64,000 bases of DNA from Raillietiella orientalis (Eukaryota), in the NCBI GenBank assembly GCA_036172245.1, contig JAYWIR010000032.1:2294001-2358000 (forward strand). The letters are read 5' to 3'. Both the position numbers and the translations under genes were made by a program. Below the pieces are notes generated by a model. It was not told where the DNA came from. It did no database searches and saw only the letters and a list, made by a program, of their open reading frames with translations. Positions 51,501 to 64,000 of this stretch are shown here, in pieces (the stretch's first letter is position 1; the number at the start of each line of letters is the position of its first letter).

Positions 51501-54500
51501 CTTTCCCGCGCACCTGCTTCCCCGGACAACCCATGCTCCGTCCCGCGGGGCCGAGCGCGCCTCCGTGGCCAGCGGGACAGTTCCAAGGACCAGTTCGGGG
51601 AGGTCGCAGGCTTTCGGCAAGACCCTTCGTCGCATCCGGAAGGGAAGGCGACGTGTCCACCTGCCCTCCTAGATGAGCACCCCAAGGGGGCCCAGACCAC
51701 CCTCTGATCAGCACAAGGGCTCGGAAAACACCGAAGGGGCACGCCTTCCGAGCCAACCGGGAGGTCACGAGATGGCCGAGGTCCAAGTCCACGTGGCTCC
51801 AAGCTGCCACGTCCACGCGAGGAAGTCTCCTCCCCCAGGCGAGAGGGTTCCTTATTTGCGTCCCTCCCCCTTCTCACTCCCGAGCGCTCTGGATCTTCAG
51901 CTCTCGCTGTTTTGTCATCCCTTGGGGAACATCCTCTGCCGACGGCCGGCTCGGTCACAACGGGACAGAACGTGACCTCAAAAGGAGGCCATCGCGTCAC
52001 CGGTGGCGACTCCGAGAGCGAACGGGCCGACGAGCATGGACAGTGCCGGACGGGAGCTCTGCGCGGTCAACGCGGGAATGAAGGGGCGGAACAAGGGACG
52101 CGCGCCCGAGTCGCCGACCGCGCAGACTCGGTTTCGCACGCGCGTGCGCGAAGGACGCGTTGCCGTCGTAACCAGAACCCCATGCTCCTCCGTTTGCGGG
52201 GTCTTCCTGAAAACCATGCCAGAGGGCACCTGACGGAGTCAGCATTAAGGGGCGTTAGGTGCTGCCCCTTCCAAGTGCTGAAGAACCGTCTGCCTTCACG
52301 GAAATGGGGGAGGAGGGCATCCGAAACACTGTCCACGCCGCCCGAGGGAGAGTGTCTCTCTTGAAGTTATAGGGGGTGCCCCGGAGGGACTACCCTACGA
52401 TTTCAGGAAGGCAACTCCGGAGGAAGGGCCCGCTCCACTTTTGCGCTTGGGAGGGGATCCTCTTCCTGGAAGGGAACCCGAAGGGAGACTCCTCTTCCTC
52501 ATCCTTTCCAGAGGAACCCTCTGGAGGGAGTTGGGAGAGGGAATCCACAAGAAACCCGTCCCTTGTCCCTCCTCCTCTGAAGAGAATCCTTTCGGAATTC
52601 TCTTCCAGGCTGCCGCCAGGATTCCCCTGCCTTCCGGTCCGTTTCTGGGTGCTCCTTTGTCCAGGCGTTCTATGGATTCTGGGCAACCCATTTTCCCAGA
52701 AGAGCCGCGTGGGGAGTAGCGCGCGCTTGGTGCACTCCAGAGAGGCGATACCCCGAGGGGTACTAACCAGCCCCATGTGGGTCCACTTTAGGAGGTGTGG
52801 GTACCTCCGAAGGACTTATTAGATACTCCAGATGGAGAGTTCACTCCAGCCGGGTCATCCGGGGGCTCCCAGAGTGCCGCCTTGCCCGAAGCGAACCGGA
52901 CGAAGCAGCGCCGTCCTCTGGATTACCCACGACGCGCCCCCTATTTCTCCGGGGAAGTGAGGGTCGATCCTTTCCCCGGACGAGGGCCGCGACCTCCAAC
53001 GAGGGCCACCCCCTCCCTCTCTAATCGACCTCCGTTCGAAGAGGCGAAAGTGTTGGGAGTCAGCAGCTCGCGAAGAACCGCCCACAGGAGGAGGGGGGAA
53101 GCGGAGAGGGCGGGACGGAACTCTCCCAGAAGCCGGGAGGGGTGTCCATAGCTGGAGCAGGCGAGGAGGGACCTCCTCTTCCGCCTGGAAGAGAGGGACA
53201 GCCGAGGCGGTATTGCCACCTAACTTCCCTTCTCCGTGGATGGCAGCTGCACAGCATCCTCCCCGGGATGGATCCGGAGGGGAGGAGCCCTCGGCAGGAC
53301 ACGGGATCTCCCTCCCTCTGCTCTCGTGGGCAGATGCCAGGGGCGCGCTGCCAGCCGGAAAGAGCCTTAGGAGACAGCGAAGAGGATGTCTAGCATACGG
53401 AAGCGGACCGGAAGGCAGGGAAGCCCTGCCGACGGCTCCTGGGAAACCCTTCGTGCGGACGGGGAGGCGCTCCCGGCCGGAAAGAGGGGAATCAGAGTGG
53501 GGGGATCAGGGCAGAAGGGAGACGGGACGGGGCTGGCGCGAAAGGTGCGTTCCCGGAGGCTGCGGAGGAGGGACGTGGCACAGGAGGAAGGCATGCTGGA
53601 CGCGCCAAAAAGTGAGAAGTAGAAGCGGGAGAGCGGGAGGACGCCTCCTGCATGGAGGATGCGCTCCCGACGGCTCCCTCCCTCTGGCCGCGGAGAAAAA
53701 GGCCCGCTAGAAAGGACGGGGACGCGGGCAGGGCAGCGTCTCGAGGGGTCCTCCCCACCTGCAGCTCGTCTCGCAACCCGTCGATGTCGTCCAGCTCGGG
53801 GTCCGCCTCGATGGGGGTCTCTTTCTGCTCCTCGGTGGTCTTCTGGCGCCGCAGCTTACGAAGCCCTGGAAGAGTGACAGAATCATCAATCAGGCTCCGC
53901 GCGCGAGGACCCCCTACCGTCGAGGACGGGCTTGCTCCGGTCGTTGGTGACCACCTTCCGCAACGACCGCCCCTTCTGGATGTCCTTCAGCAGCTGGTGC
54001 AGCGGGTCCGGCTTCTCCGACTCGTAGACGAACTGCAGTGGAGGAGAGGCTGGACCCGGGAGGAGGCGAGGCGAGCGGGGTGGATGGGGGAGGGAACCTC
54101 ACCTGACCCTGCAGCTTGAGAGTGGTCAGCAGCGGGGCGCTCCTGTCGTTGGTCACCACCTTCCTGAGTGTCTTCTGGTCTTCAATCTCCTTCATCAGGT
54201 CGCACCAGTCGGGCCTCTTTCGGGGCCTCTGCTTGATCCTCTCCAGCCTCTCCAGGGCCTCTCTGCTCAAGGACTGTCTCTCTGCGGGAAGACCCAACGT
54301 CCGCGCGAGTTGTGCGGAGGAGCCCCCGAGCGCTGCATTGACCCCCTTTGCCCCGCACAGGGGCAATGGAGTGCAGAGGGGAAGGAAAGGAAAGGAAGGG
54401 GGTCAGGGGGGCAAGTGAATCCACCTCTCGGCAGAGAGACTTCGAGGCGCCCTGTGCTCCCTCGGGCGTACTCACCGAACGTGGGCGGCGGCGGCGGCGG

Positions 54501-55382
54501 CGGCGGTCTCTCCGGTCCAGACGGCGGCGGCGGTGGCGGCGGCGGCGGCGCTGGGGGGCCTGCGCCCGGCTTGTGGGACGGCGAGAGGCTCTTGTCAGAG
54601 GCGGGAGACAGCAGCTGCCTGCGGTCGTCCGAGTCGACGCGCTGCAGGTTCTTCTTGGCCGACAGGATGTCAATCTTCGCCGACCCGTGGTCCTCTGGCG
54701 GCTTCTCCCTGCCGAAGGCGTCCACGCGGTGCAGGTGCTTCTTCGTCTTCTCGATCTCCTTCCGCGCCATGTCCACGTCCAGTTTCAAGTTCTTCCGCTC
54801 CTTTCCACTGAAGGAGTCTACACGGTTCAGGGACCTGCGCCGCTCCGCCAGCAGCTCCTTCGTGGACACATCCTTGGGCTGCTGGAGGGGAACCCTCGCC
54901 CGGCCGAGCCCAGCGGGCAACCTCCCGGGCTCTTCCTCCTCTTCCGACTCCTCCGACTCCTCCGACTCGCCCTCGGAGGACGAGACGGGGGCTTCCTGCT
55001 TCCGGAAGGTGCCGGACGCCCTGTTCTGGGAGACGAACTGCCGCCGCTTCTCCCGGTCGGTCAGGGGGCTCCGGGAGAGGTTCGCCGGGCCCGAGTCTGC
55101 GGAGGGCAGGGAAGCGGCGGCGTCCCTCGCGGGCTGCCTCTGTCCCTCCTCATCATCCTCCGGGAGCGCCCCGGAGCCTTTCTTGGCTGCCTTGCGCGCC
55201 ACCAGTCCGTTTATTTGCCGGGAGATAGGGTTGGTGGAAGAGGAGGACGGCTGCTTGGGTTGCAGGAAGGCCGGGGTCTCGACGGCGATGATGTCGGCAG
55301 CGGAGGGAGGCTCGCGCCTCGCGGGAACGCCCGTCACCGACTTCTCGAACGCCGCCGCCGCCGCTCGCACCGAGCTGGGCAT
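48567..55382 (-). CDS. sals: Sarcomere length short (SALS)-like WH2-domain actin regulator
   Basis: Exons 55382-54476, 54281-54103, 54032-53918, 53865-53759 and 49967-48567. Polyproline is followed by RPRKRPDWCDLMKEIE..LRKVVTNDRS, GQ|FVYESEK..HQLLKDIQKGRSLRKVVTNDRSKPVLDG|LRKLRRQ and DDIDGLRDELQ|STKQLL, then a coiled coil, matching the arthropod SALS layout from memory. Confidence 0.88.
49170..49317 (-). repeat. Coding 33-bp tandem repeat (EEEEEERKRKK x ~3)
   Basis: Plus-strand unit ttcttcctcttcctctcctcttcctcctcctcc repeated within the last sals exon. Confidence 0.85.
51400..52960 (-). mobile_element. RTE-like LINE 5' copy inside the large sals intron
   Basis: 52838-52950 aligns by eye with 5031-5168 (agtgccgcc...cccacgacgcgccccc). 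SPFGFPS parallels the GFPSGFPF of ORF 4515-5066. FLRSCLPEIVG* and LGGGDFLA (~51815-51840) are APE-like. Confidence 0.55.
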
Positions 55383-56542
55383 GGCGACGCTGGCGTCACC
55401 TGTGCTACTGCTGCTGCTTCTTTCGGCGGAACCTGTAATCACGCAGACGGATGATCGGAGATGCCTACGATAGACGCAGGGCCCTACTTTGGCGGAGAGG
55501 GGAAGACGGGATTGACCCAGGGATCGTCGCGAGCGCCCGCGAGCCCGTGATTACCCGTCCGTGGTGATGGCGGGACGGCGGCGGCTCGCGCACACCCTCC
55601 GACGTAAGCGGCCACCCAGTAACCGAATGGACGCGGCCCCTCTACTCCCCTCTGCCAAGCCAAGACGCATGCTCATCCCCACTGAAGTAGGCGTCCCCAT
55701 CGACACCTCTTACCCCCACTCCCACCCGGACTCACCTCCCTCCCAGCGACGCACCTGTCATCTGGATGCAGAAGGGGAATGAGCACGTGACAGACGCCGA
55801 TGGGAGGGAGCTGCGCGGTGGTCCCTTCACTTCCTTCTCATCGCCCCATCGGCCACTCCCCGACCTTCGAGGAGCATCCCCTACCAGGGGTCGTTTCCGC
55901 ACCAGCTTCCCTTCGCGTTCCGTCCCTCCGCACTCCCAGTTCCTGACCTCGCGTTCTCTTGCCCGAGGTTGGCGCTGTCACTTCCGTGGCTGGGGCACCA
56001 GGTCCGACGTCCACAAAGGGACCGCGACCGCTCTGACACGAGACCGAGCAGCAAGGACCGCGGAGTGCGCTTCCCGGAGGAGGGAGGGGAAGCAAGAGGA
56101 GGCGGCGTCCCCGCTCCGGTGCGGAGCCCGCCGACGCCCACGTGCTCGCTGTCTTCTAAGAGTCGCGGGGTGCCGTGGCGAGGAGCGTCCCGGAAGGATG
56201 CGCTCGCTTGACGGCGGCAACCGCGTGAGCAGTGGAGGAGTCTGCGGGCGACGAGAGAGCAGACGGAGGAGAAGGCAGGGAGAAGGGGGGAGAGACACAG
56301 AGAGAGCAAAAACTTTGCGCTCCTGAACGATCTCTCCCGCAGGAGTGGGTTCTGCGCTGCCCACACTGACTCCTAGGTGAGGATCCCCTCCTCTTCCTCC
56401 GACTCCGACTCCAGAGAGTGCGTCGCGCGATGCCGGTTCAGAGCTTCCCTCCCTCTCTCAAACTGACTCAACAACAATGGAAGCGCACTCCACGTTTCCA
56501 ATGGTTTGCCCCCCTCTTTGTTGTTGATCTATTTATGGACGG

Positions 56543-56543
56543 G

Positions 56544-56579
<36 letters not shown>
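56543..56579. repeat. (TA)n microsatellite
   Basis: Near-perfect TA run. Confidence 0.9.
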
Positions 56580-56581
<2 letters not shown>

Positions 56582-56992
56582 GCATTTTTTTTTTCTTTTC
56601 TATTCGCAATCCTCGTTACTGCTCGGGGGAAGGGTGCCGGGGTCGGCAGGTGCGGCTGTTCCGGGTCACCATGAGACCATCGCTTCCCTCTCCCAATGCA
56701 CAAGTCGCGCTACGCCTCCCGAAGCGCTCCCGACCTGTTCCGACGGCTTCCTGGAAAACTGGAACCTCCTTCCTGACCCCCCGTCTGGAGGCAGTGGGTG
56801 GTGCGCTCATGCGTCACCAGGAATCAACCAAACGATCGTCGACACGCGATGGAAAGGAAGACGGAATTCGGATTTCCTTTCCTTTTTTCGGTCGTGATCG
56901 AAACTCTGCAGCTCAGAACGAAACAAACACGGAAAAAGGAAAGTCGGACTGCCGGCAGGATTTGCTTTTTTGTTTTTGTTTTTTAGGAAAAA

Positions 56993-57017
56993 AACACACA
57001 CACACACACACACACAT
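56993..57017. repeat. (CA)n microsatellite
   Basis: acacacacac... run. Confidence 0.9.
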
Positions 57018-57499
57018 AAGTACGCTTTTTCACGCTTCAATGAAGATTCCGTTCTTCATCGGGAAACTGCATGAACCCTGGAGCAAGTTTTCTACCTGGT
57101 CTACCTTTTGAGATTAGCAAAAATATTCCTGATACCCTCCCGCTGGGAATGTCTTGGGCTTTTTTTTTTTCTTTGTCTTTTTTTTTTGGCAGAACGGATC
57201 CTCTGTAACAAGTGAAACACTGATTCACTCGGTTGCCTTGGCTGCGTTGCTTGAGGTTCGTACCGTGACTGCATGATACGTCGACTGTGGTCGTGGTTCA
57301 CTCAAAGACGGTGGCAAAACGGCGGCGACCTCCATGTTGAAACTTTGACGGTCGAATCGAACACAATCCTTAAAATGCACCATCCCTGGAGAGGGATTCT
57401 TGGAACGATTTCCAGAACGAAATGGAGTTCTTGCTCAACGGGTCAAGAAAAACATTAAAGGCAGCATGCCACTTGCTGCGTACTTCTCCAAAACTGCTG

Positions 57500-58780
57500 G
57501 ACTTACTCTGTCATGCAGACAAAGTAGGATGTATACGATTGGTGGTGGCGTACGAATCTTCGACATGACTTGAATTCGAAGCTCGTCTCCTCTCCGAAAT
57601 TAGTTTGCTTATCGTTTCGCGCTTACGATAAGCTAAACTTTTTGCAATTGCCAGATTTGGGGAGAATCCGAAAATAAACCAGAATCTTTTTGGCTGAAAT
57701 GAATATCGTCGACTTGATGGAACTGTGTGTGGAACCATTCATATGAAGTCGGGACACACATGTTGCAGATGGATAGGCGCACTATTAACGCTTTGTTGGT
57801 GACGTTTTCTGGGTGTTTCTCGGCGGACACCTTCTCAGTCAACAAAGTAAGACGCTTTGACTTCTCTGTCTCTAAGAGCATCAGGGAGATAAGGCATCAG
57901 CACTAGAAATCGCAACGTTGAAAAAACAGTGAGAGTCACTCAGTGTGTTTTTGCTTGTTTTCTTTTCCATCTCTTTTTTTTTTTGTTTTCAAAAAAAAAT
58001 AAACCTCGGTGTTGGGAACACTGCAATTTAGCCTAAACAATTAGAGCTATACAATGGCGTGCAGGGGCTCGACTGCCGTCTCAAAATCAATGCCAATACT
58101 GACGAATCTGTGTCTCTTCTACGACGAATTGTCGTTTTCAGTGTTCAGGATGCGTATGGAGGGGAAGCTGCAGCATTCATCCTCGTACGATCGGAAAGCC
58201 TTTCAAGAAAAGGTTCGTTTTCTGCCGCGTTGTGCGCACTTGCAGCGTGATTGCGACCGTCCGCCGGAAAGTCACACTCGGAGGAAACACTCGTAAAAAC
58301 GAAATTGAAGCACATTCCTAGACGATCTGCACAAAAACAGTCGCAACGCATCGCGAGAAGATCCAGGGGCCAGGTGAAATTCGAGTTTCAATTTTCTCTT
58401 ACCTTCAGGAATCTTCGACCGAAGCGTTCATTTCCTACGGATGGGCACACGCCTTTCTAAGGCGGATGATGCTGGCGTAGCTCTCAGTGAAGCTCTGGGA
58501 TCGAACTGCATTCTTCGAAGTCGTCTAAGGTACTCAACACTGAAAGCGACTGAGGCATGTGAAACGTGTTTTTGAAGTGGAGACACTTTTAAATCAATCT
58601 GCCTGCTCCTGCCAATTACACAGGTTTCTCGAACACATCGCGAAGTGAGTACGTGGTTTTTGGCATCTATTTTTGAAAGCGCATCCACAATGAATCCTTG
58701 GGAGCGCAGGACATAAATAGATGACATTCTTCTTCCTGAAGATATGGGAGAAAACGGAGTGATCGAATGTTTTCACTTCA
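57500..58780 (-). mobile_element. Decayed non-LTR RT fragment
   Basis: ORFs 58594-58776 and 58428-58727 give HSVFSHIF, SQGFI and RQIDLKV, a frameshifted reading gives KGV.P, and ORF 58145-58351 gives FCADRLGMCFN, in RT domain order. Confidence 0.5.
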
Positions 58781-60549
58781 TGTATTTTTCATATCGTGGA
58801 GGGAGGGACAGGAAAAGATGCAATTAAAGGAAAAAGAGGAGGGAGGGGGAGGAGGGAGGAAGAGAGAGAGACAAAAAAGGAAAAAAGGCGTTCCTTGTCC
58901 CTCGACGGAGCAAAGGATCCGTTTAAATTTGCTAGGTGCTCCCGTCCCTCCATCGCCATTGGGTTCTCTCTCGATCCCAGGTAGAAATGAGAAAAAGTCA
59001 GCTTACCATCTCATCACTGGTGCTCCTCTAAGCCGACGGCCCAGTGGGGGGTTTCACCTGGTAGCGATGGGACTTTTGCTGACCTGCATCGAAGGAACGC
59101 TCAAGCAGGAGGAAAAGCGATTTCCTGCTGGGCGGAGTCAACCTGGGGACACGGGGGCCGCAGGCCAATTCCCCTCACGGGGGCCGTGGAGCCTCTAAAG
59201 GAGAAGAGGACCCCATCAGCGCACCAAAGTAAAAAAAGAATCAGCGGGGCTGGGGGCGGGAGGCGAAAAAGGTGTGGCTGGGCTCCTTGCCTGCAGCGAG
59301 GATGGCCGCTTCTCGGCTCTTTCCTCCCGAAGAAATGGTCAGCAGTTGTTGGCACCGTAGGCGTACCACCACAGAGTCCCGCAGATGCGGCACGCGGCAG
59401 TCCGCGTCACCGGCGCGGTCAAGGATGGTCCTTGATGAAGAACGAGCTGCCTTTCCTGGAAGGTCCCTTGGAGCCCCAAGGCTTGGGGAGGGCTTCCGCT
59501 CTGTGCTCTCGCTCCAGGCGACCCTACGCACCGATTGGTAACGGACGGAATCAGCCATCCCTTCTAGAAGCGTCCCGGCGAAGGGGAAGGCACGGAGAGG
59601 CGTCTGAAGGGGGGGAGGGAGGAAAGCCGAGGGATGTACAACCGCGGAATACACTACAGCGAGCCCTCCCGAAGGTCAGACAAGTGGGACGGCATGCACT
59701 TTCCTCCGCCCCTAAAGGGTGCTCCTCCTCCCGAAGTACCCTCCACCCGGCGCGGACTATGTGCGCGTGGGGAGTGGGCCCACTTCTCTTGCGTTTTTCT
59801 TCTTCCTGGCAGCCTCCGGACCTTCCCTCCGGCATCCCCGTGCGTCTTCCGCCGGAGAGTGGGCCGGAGGGTTCCTTCTGATACTTACGCGTTCCCCTGT
59901 ATCCCTCGGGCATTCTGGAGCGTGAACGGGAGTTCCCGAATCCTCCTTCGCAGGAAGGAGCGTTCTTGCCTCCGTTCAAGGTGGGACCAGGGAGGAACCA
60001 GACGGGTGATTCCCGAATCCTTCCCCAGTCGGTTCCCCTTCCTCAGAGCGCCCTTTGGAGTCTCACCGCGGCTTCTTTCCTTCAAACAGCCTTTACGGGA
60101 GTAAGTGCCGTCTAGTGCGACCCGGACGCGGAAAGGAACAGGAACGAAAGGAAGGGATGTCCCTCAGATGGGAGGTTCCCTCCCCGTGCTGAGCACCTCG
60201 AGCCCTCTTGGGGGCGCTCCTGCATGGCCCCTCTCTATGGAGACCCCCAGAACCGCAGCCCAGACGTTCCCGGCGTTGGGAGAGGCGCCGCCATCCACGT
60301 ATCGGTGGCTGAGGAAAGGCGGGAAAACGAGGAGGAGGAGAAGAAAAGGGATCGTGGATCCCGCGTGCTCCGTTCCCTGCGCGCGGGCAGGATTGCTCTC
60401 TTCCTCCCCCACCTCAGTTTCCGCGTGGTCATCAAACCCAGGAGAAAGGATGGGTGAGGAGGAGAGGGGAAGCACCTCCGCATCACTCACGGAAGGGGGG
60501 AGGCGCCGCCAGCAGCGCGGGATGAGGCGCTCCGCTGCGGATGAGACCG

Positions 60550-62100
60550 CGGAGCAGGTGGCACCTCCAGGAGCAAGGGAAGGAACGAGGATGGAAGGTC
60601 CCTCTCGCGGATCCGAGAAGATTCCGCGTGACATCTGCGCTCTCCAGGGAAGAGGTGCCGCCTTCGCGCGTCTTTCCGGAGCGTTCAGGCGCTCGATCCC
60701 TCGCTCGAAGCTCCACACCGTGGAAGTCCCACGAGGGACTCCGAAGATGCCCAGTGGTTGCAGGTGCGAGGGAGGTAGACTGGGATCACCTCCCGCAATC
60801 CCTCCGGAACGCTCCCTTTGGTCTCCTCGGTCCGGAATCCCGCCGCTCTGAAACCGGGAGCGCCCCCTCCTCGAGGCAGAAGCTGGTCCGCGCAGCATCG
60901 ACCTGAGGGCTCCGACGAGGGGTAGAACTCCAGTCCGACCTGCAGCAGCATCCGCGTTCCTCGGAGCTTTTTCGGAGGGTTGCCAGTAAGCCTTGAAAGA
61001 ACTACCACCTTCTTTTCCCCCTGCTCTTCTTCCGCTTGCCCTTCTTCAGACACCTTTTCGCAACACCCAGGGAGCCTCCTCTGGTCCCGTTTCCAGAGCA
61101 TTGCCTTGCCCACGCGAGGTCAGTGGCATCCATTCTTGTTGACACCACGAGATGGCTTGTTTTTTCCCTCTGGGCACCCTCATTTCGCCACGGCTGCGGT
61201 CATTCCGAGGCGGCGGCTGATCCGCTGATGTTGAGGTCGTTCTCATTCCCCCACGATCGACCACCGCAGCGCATGAGGGACGCTGTGTACGTCCGTCAAC
61301 AACCCCTGAGCGGTGGTGATGCTCGGCCCGCCTTCGCGAGCTGATAGCCCGAGGCGTTGAGGAGTCTATCGGGAAGTGAGTCGCCAGCGGACCTGCAGCG
61401 CCCGATGAATGCGATCCGCAGCAACGGAGCAGCGGCATCCACGAGAATCAACGGGAGGAGAACAAGCAGCACTCTCCCTTCGCTCGCTTAGGACCCTTCA
61501 AGGGACCAGTGGGGATCTCCCGAGCCAGTGATGCCTATCCTGGTCGAGGATCTTATCTCCAAGGGCACCTGAAGGAGAACCCTCAGAAGGGGAGCACCCC
61601 AAGTCTCTCCCCCAGAACAGCTTTGGAATCGTTATGAAGCGAGGAGCTGGAAAGATGTGGATTGCTTGACGGATTCTCTTCATGTGCACTTGCGGGTGCG
61701 ACTTTCAATAAATGTAACCACTTGCGCCACCTGGTGTGGGGAGATGCCAGAGGACGTGAGCACGAGGCTCCATAAGAGCATAGGCAGAAATTTCTCGAAC
61801 CGCGAACCGGAACAGGGGAGCACTACTGGAGAAACATCGACCACTACCAATCGCGATCTCACAGGGGCTCGAAGAATGATAAAGTGGACCGCTGTCCAGA
61901 AAAACAGCCCTTTCTATGGAAAACTGTGGTTGAAACTTACTGGCTCGGGGCGAAGTGGGGCGAGATTATTCCATGTCAAGGTACTATATTGCCCATTGCA
62001 GCTTGCAGACGATGGCTTCCTATTCGGAATGGGTGTGGCATCGTGATTGCCATTTTATGAACCCTATCAGAAAAATGCTAAGCGCTTGTCCTGGAGCACG
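60550..62100 (+). mobile_element. Decayed APE-RT LINE copy
   Basis: KIPRDICALQG (~60620-60650, DIxxLQE-like), PSGHPH (~61170, SDH-like), AVQKNSPF and PLQLADDGFLF (~61995-62025, YADD-like). Confidence 0.45.
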
Positions 62101-62575
62101 GCGTAGTGTTTCAAGCATGAACTCTGTTATAAACTGAAATGATCCTAGAACTGGAAACAAAAGGATTTGAGGGATGAAACCCAAATGATGAATTTTAGAA
62201 AAATCACTTTTTAGATTTCCGCATACCTCCGAGATTCATGAATACACCCCAAGTTTACGGAAAGGCGCGTGGATTTTCTTCTAGTTTGTTTTTCTTTGTA
62301 TGCTGGATTATAGAAACTCTGGTCGCTACTGATGTGATGAAATAGATTGAACCCTACTTATCATCAGGATCAGATACTTTGGGAGTAACAAACAGATTTC
62401 TTATCGAAAACAACTTATTTTGCGATTCCGAACACCGAACATCTGAAATGTTCTTCGCAGGTACGAAGTTCTGCTTTCTTTGGAAGCAGATGGTTGTGGT
62501 AATCCTGTTTTGTTTTTCGGGTGGGCGCTTGAACGTCGCTGCCCTGGTGAATGCAACAAATGGAGTGAGCCGAGG

Positions 62576-63656
62576 ATGGGTGACAACAAGAAGGCTTTCA
62601 CAGTGAGAAAAATCACCCAACCTGGAGCAGCATTGCAGACCTGTAATAATGAGATAGTAAAATGTAAGCATTTTTTCCTCCAAAATTGACTGGAGATTTA
62701 AAGGCAGATTTCAAGTAAGCATTCAAATGATTGAGATCTTATTGCACTTTTGTAGTTCTCTTACAATCATGTGTTATAAAGGTGTAGAAGAACTTCTAAC
62801 CAAGAGAGATGAATTGTCTCAAGAGATTGCTCTGGAAGAAGAGCAGAAAAATAAGCTATCACGTGAAATAGAAGTTCTCAGTGAAAGACTTAGCAGAGTT
62901 AATGAAAATTTGGCAAGAAAGTATTTGGCAAAAAAGCAATACGATCGAACAATCGAAGAGACAGAAGCGACCTATATGAAGGTGAATTCAGGAGTTTGTT
63001 TATTTCCAGATTCACTTTTGTAAGTTTTGAATGAATATATACAGTTCAAAAGGTGATCGTGCATTTTTCACAAGAACGCTGATGCGGTTGTAAGTGAGTA
63101 ACGTTTTAGAAGATCCGTGCCACGAAAATTATTTCAGTGAGTTAATTGATATTCATGCCAGTAAACCCTTATTTACTAACTGCTGGTTGCATCATTGTGT
63201 GGATGTGTATTGGTTGGAGGATAAAAGATGTGCAGTTTTGTTTTTGTTCATTTCTATTAAATTCGTAAACTTCAGTGTGAGAAGCAGTGCATGTTACTAA
63301 TGAGCAGTTTTTAAATGACGTGCCAACTTGAGATTTTGTTTTGCTAATGTGTTTAAAGTTCAGGGAGTTGTGTCAGTCATCAGCTGGGTATGTAATAGTG
63401 TATCATTTGCTGTTTTAAAGTTTAAATATAAGCCAACTAAGGGTGGTTGATTGTAAAAATTCATGCATGCATTGCATAAGGAGTGTTTGCAATGCCCCCT
63501 CTCTTATGAGAAATATTGTGATTAATTTTTATTCATTTCCAGATCTTAGAAAGTTCTCAAGTTTTGCTAAATGTTGTCAAAAAAGAATCTACAAATTTAA
63601 AATCACAAATCAGTGAAAAAGTTCCTAGCAGAGATGCATCAGAGAGAGCTCATTAA
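62576..63656 (+). CDS. SSNA1: SSNA1 / NA14 / DIP13 microtubule nucleation factor
   Basis: Exons 62576-62663, 62782-62981 and 63543-63656 give ...TQPGAALQTCNNEIVK|CVEELLTKRDEL...YDRTIEETEATYMK|ILESSQVLLNVVKKES. Confidence 0.93.
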
Positions 63657-64000
63657 AATGAAACTCTTGGGATAGGTAGGGTAAAATACTCAGCAAAAGT
63701 ATGTATTCAGCAAGAGTACAGTTACAGGTCTAGAATTCATGGAAATACAATTTGATAGAAGAATGTATGGCTGCAAATTCAGAAGTGAAAACAGTAATTA
63801 AATTTAATTTTATTAGAGCTAATGAAAAAATGCTCCTTCAGTTAATAATTGAATTATTTTTCTTATTTGGATGTTTCCAACTGATACCAAATACAGTCAG
63901 TTGTTTATATTTGAATGGAATTTGAGATTAGGGGAATTCAACATAAAGTTGAGAAAGTTTATGGCACAAATATAGCAGATTTGAGTTGTATCAACAGTAT

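Noticed and set aside
54310..55473. Plus-strand 387-aa and 368-aa ORFs
   Set aside because: Antisense shadows of the first sals coding exon.

Overview
Eukaryotic, intron-rich, arthropod-like genomic DNA with very short introns (many 41-60 nt). Five genes are recognisable: laminin gamma chain (-, 6383-16045), eIF4E transporter 4E-T/EIF4ENIF1 (-, 21796-26239), GARP subunit VPS53 (-, 31745-~37095), a SALS-like WH2 actin regulator (-, 48567-55382) and SSNA1/NA14 (+, 62576-63656). Between 42.5 and 47.4 kb I can splice together, with consistent phases, three small multi-exon membrane-protein genes that I do not recognise; one needs a GC-AG intron. Most of the remaining GC/CpG-rich intergenic and intronic DNA is heavily decayed non-LTR retrotransposon sequence (APE endonuclease, RT and one gag knuckle remnant). 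This includes a recurrent RTE-like 5' end, one copy of which carries a tandem tRNA-like B-box head. Housekeeping gene bodies are CpG-depleted while TEs and the sals region are CpG-rich, suggesting mosaic gene-body methylation. All calls were made by eye from motif recall; no searches were run, and TE boundaries are approximate.
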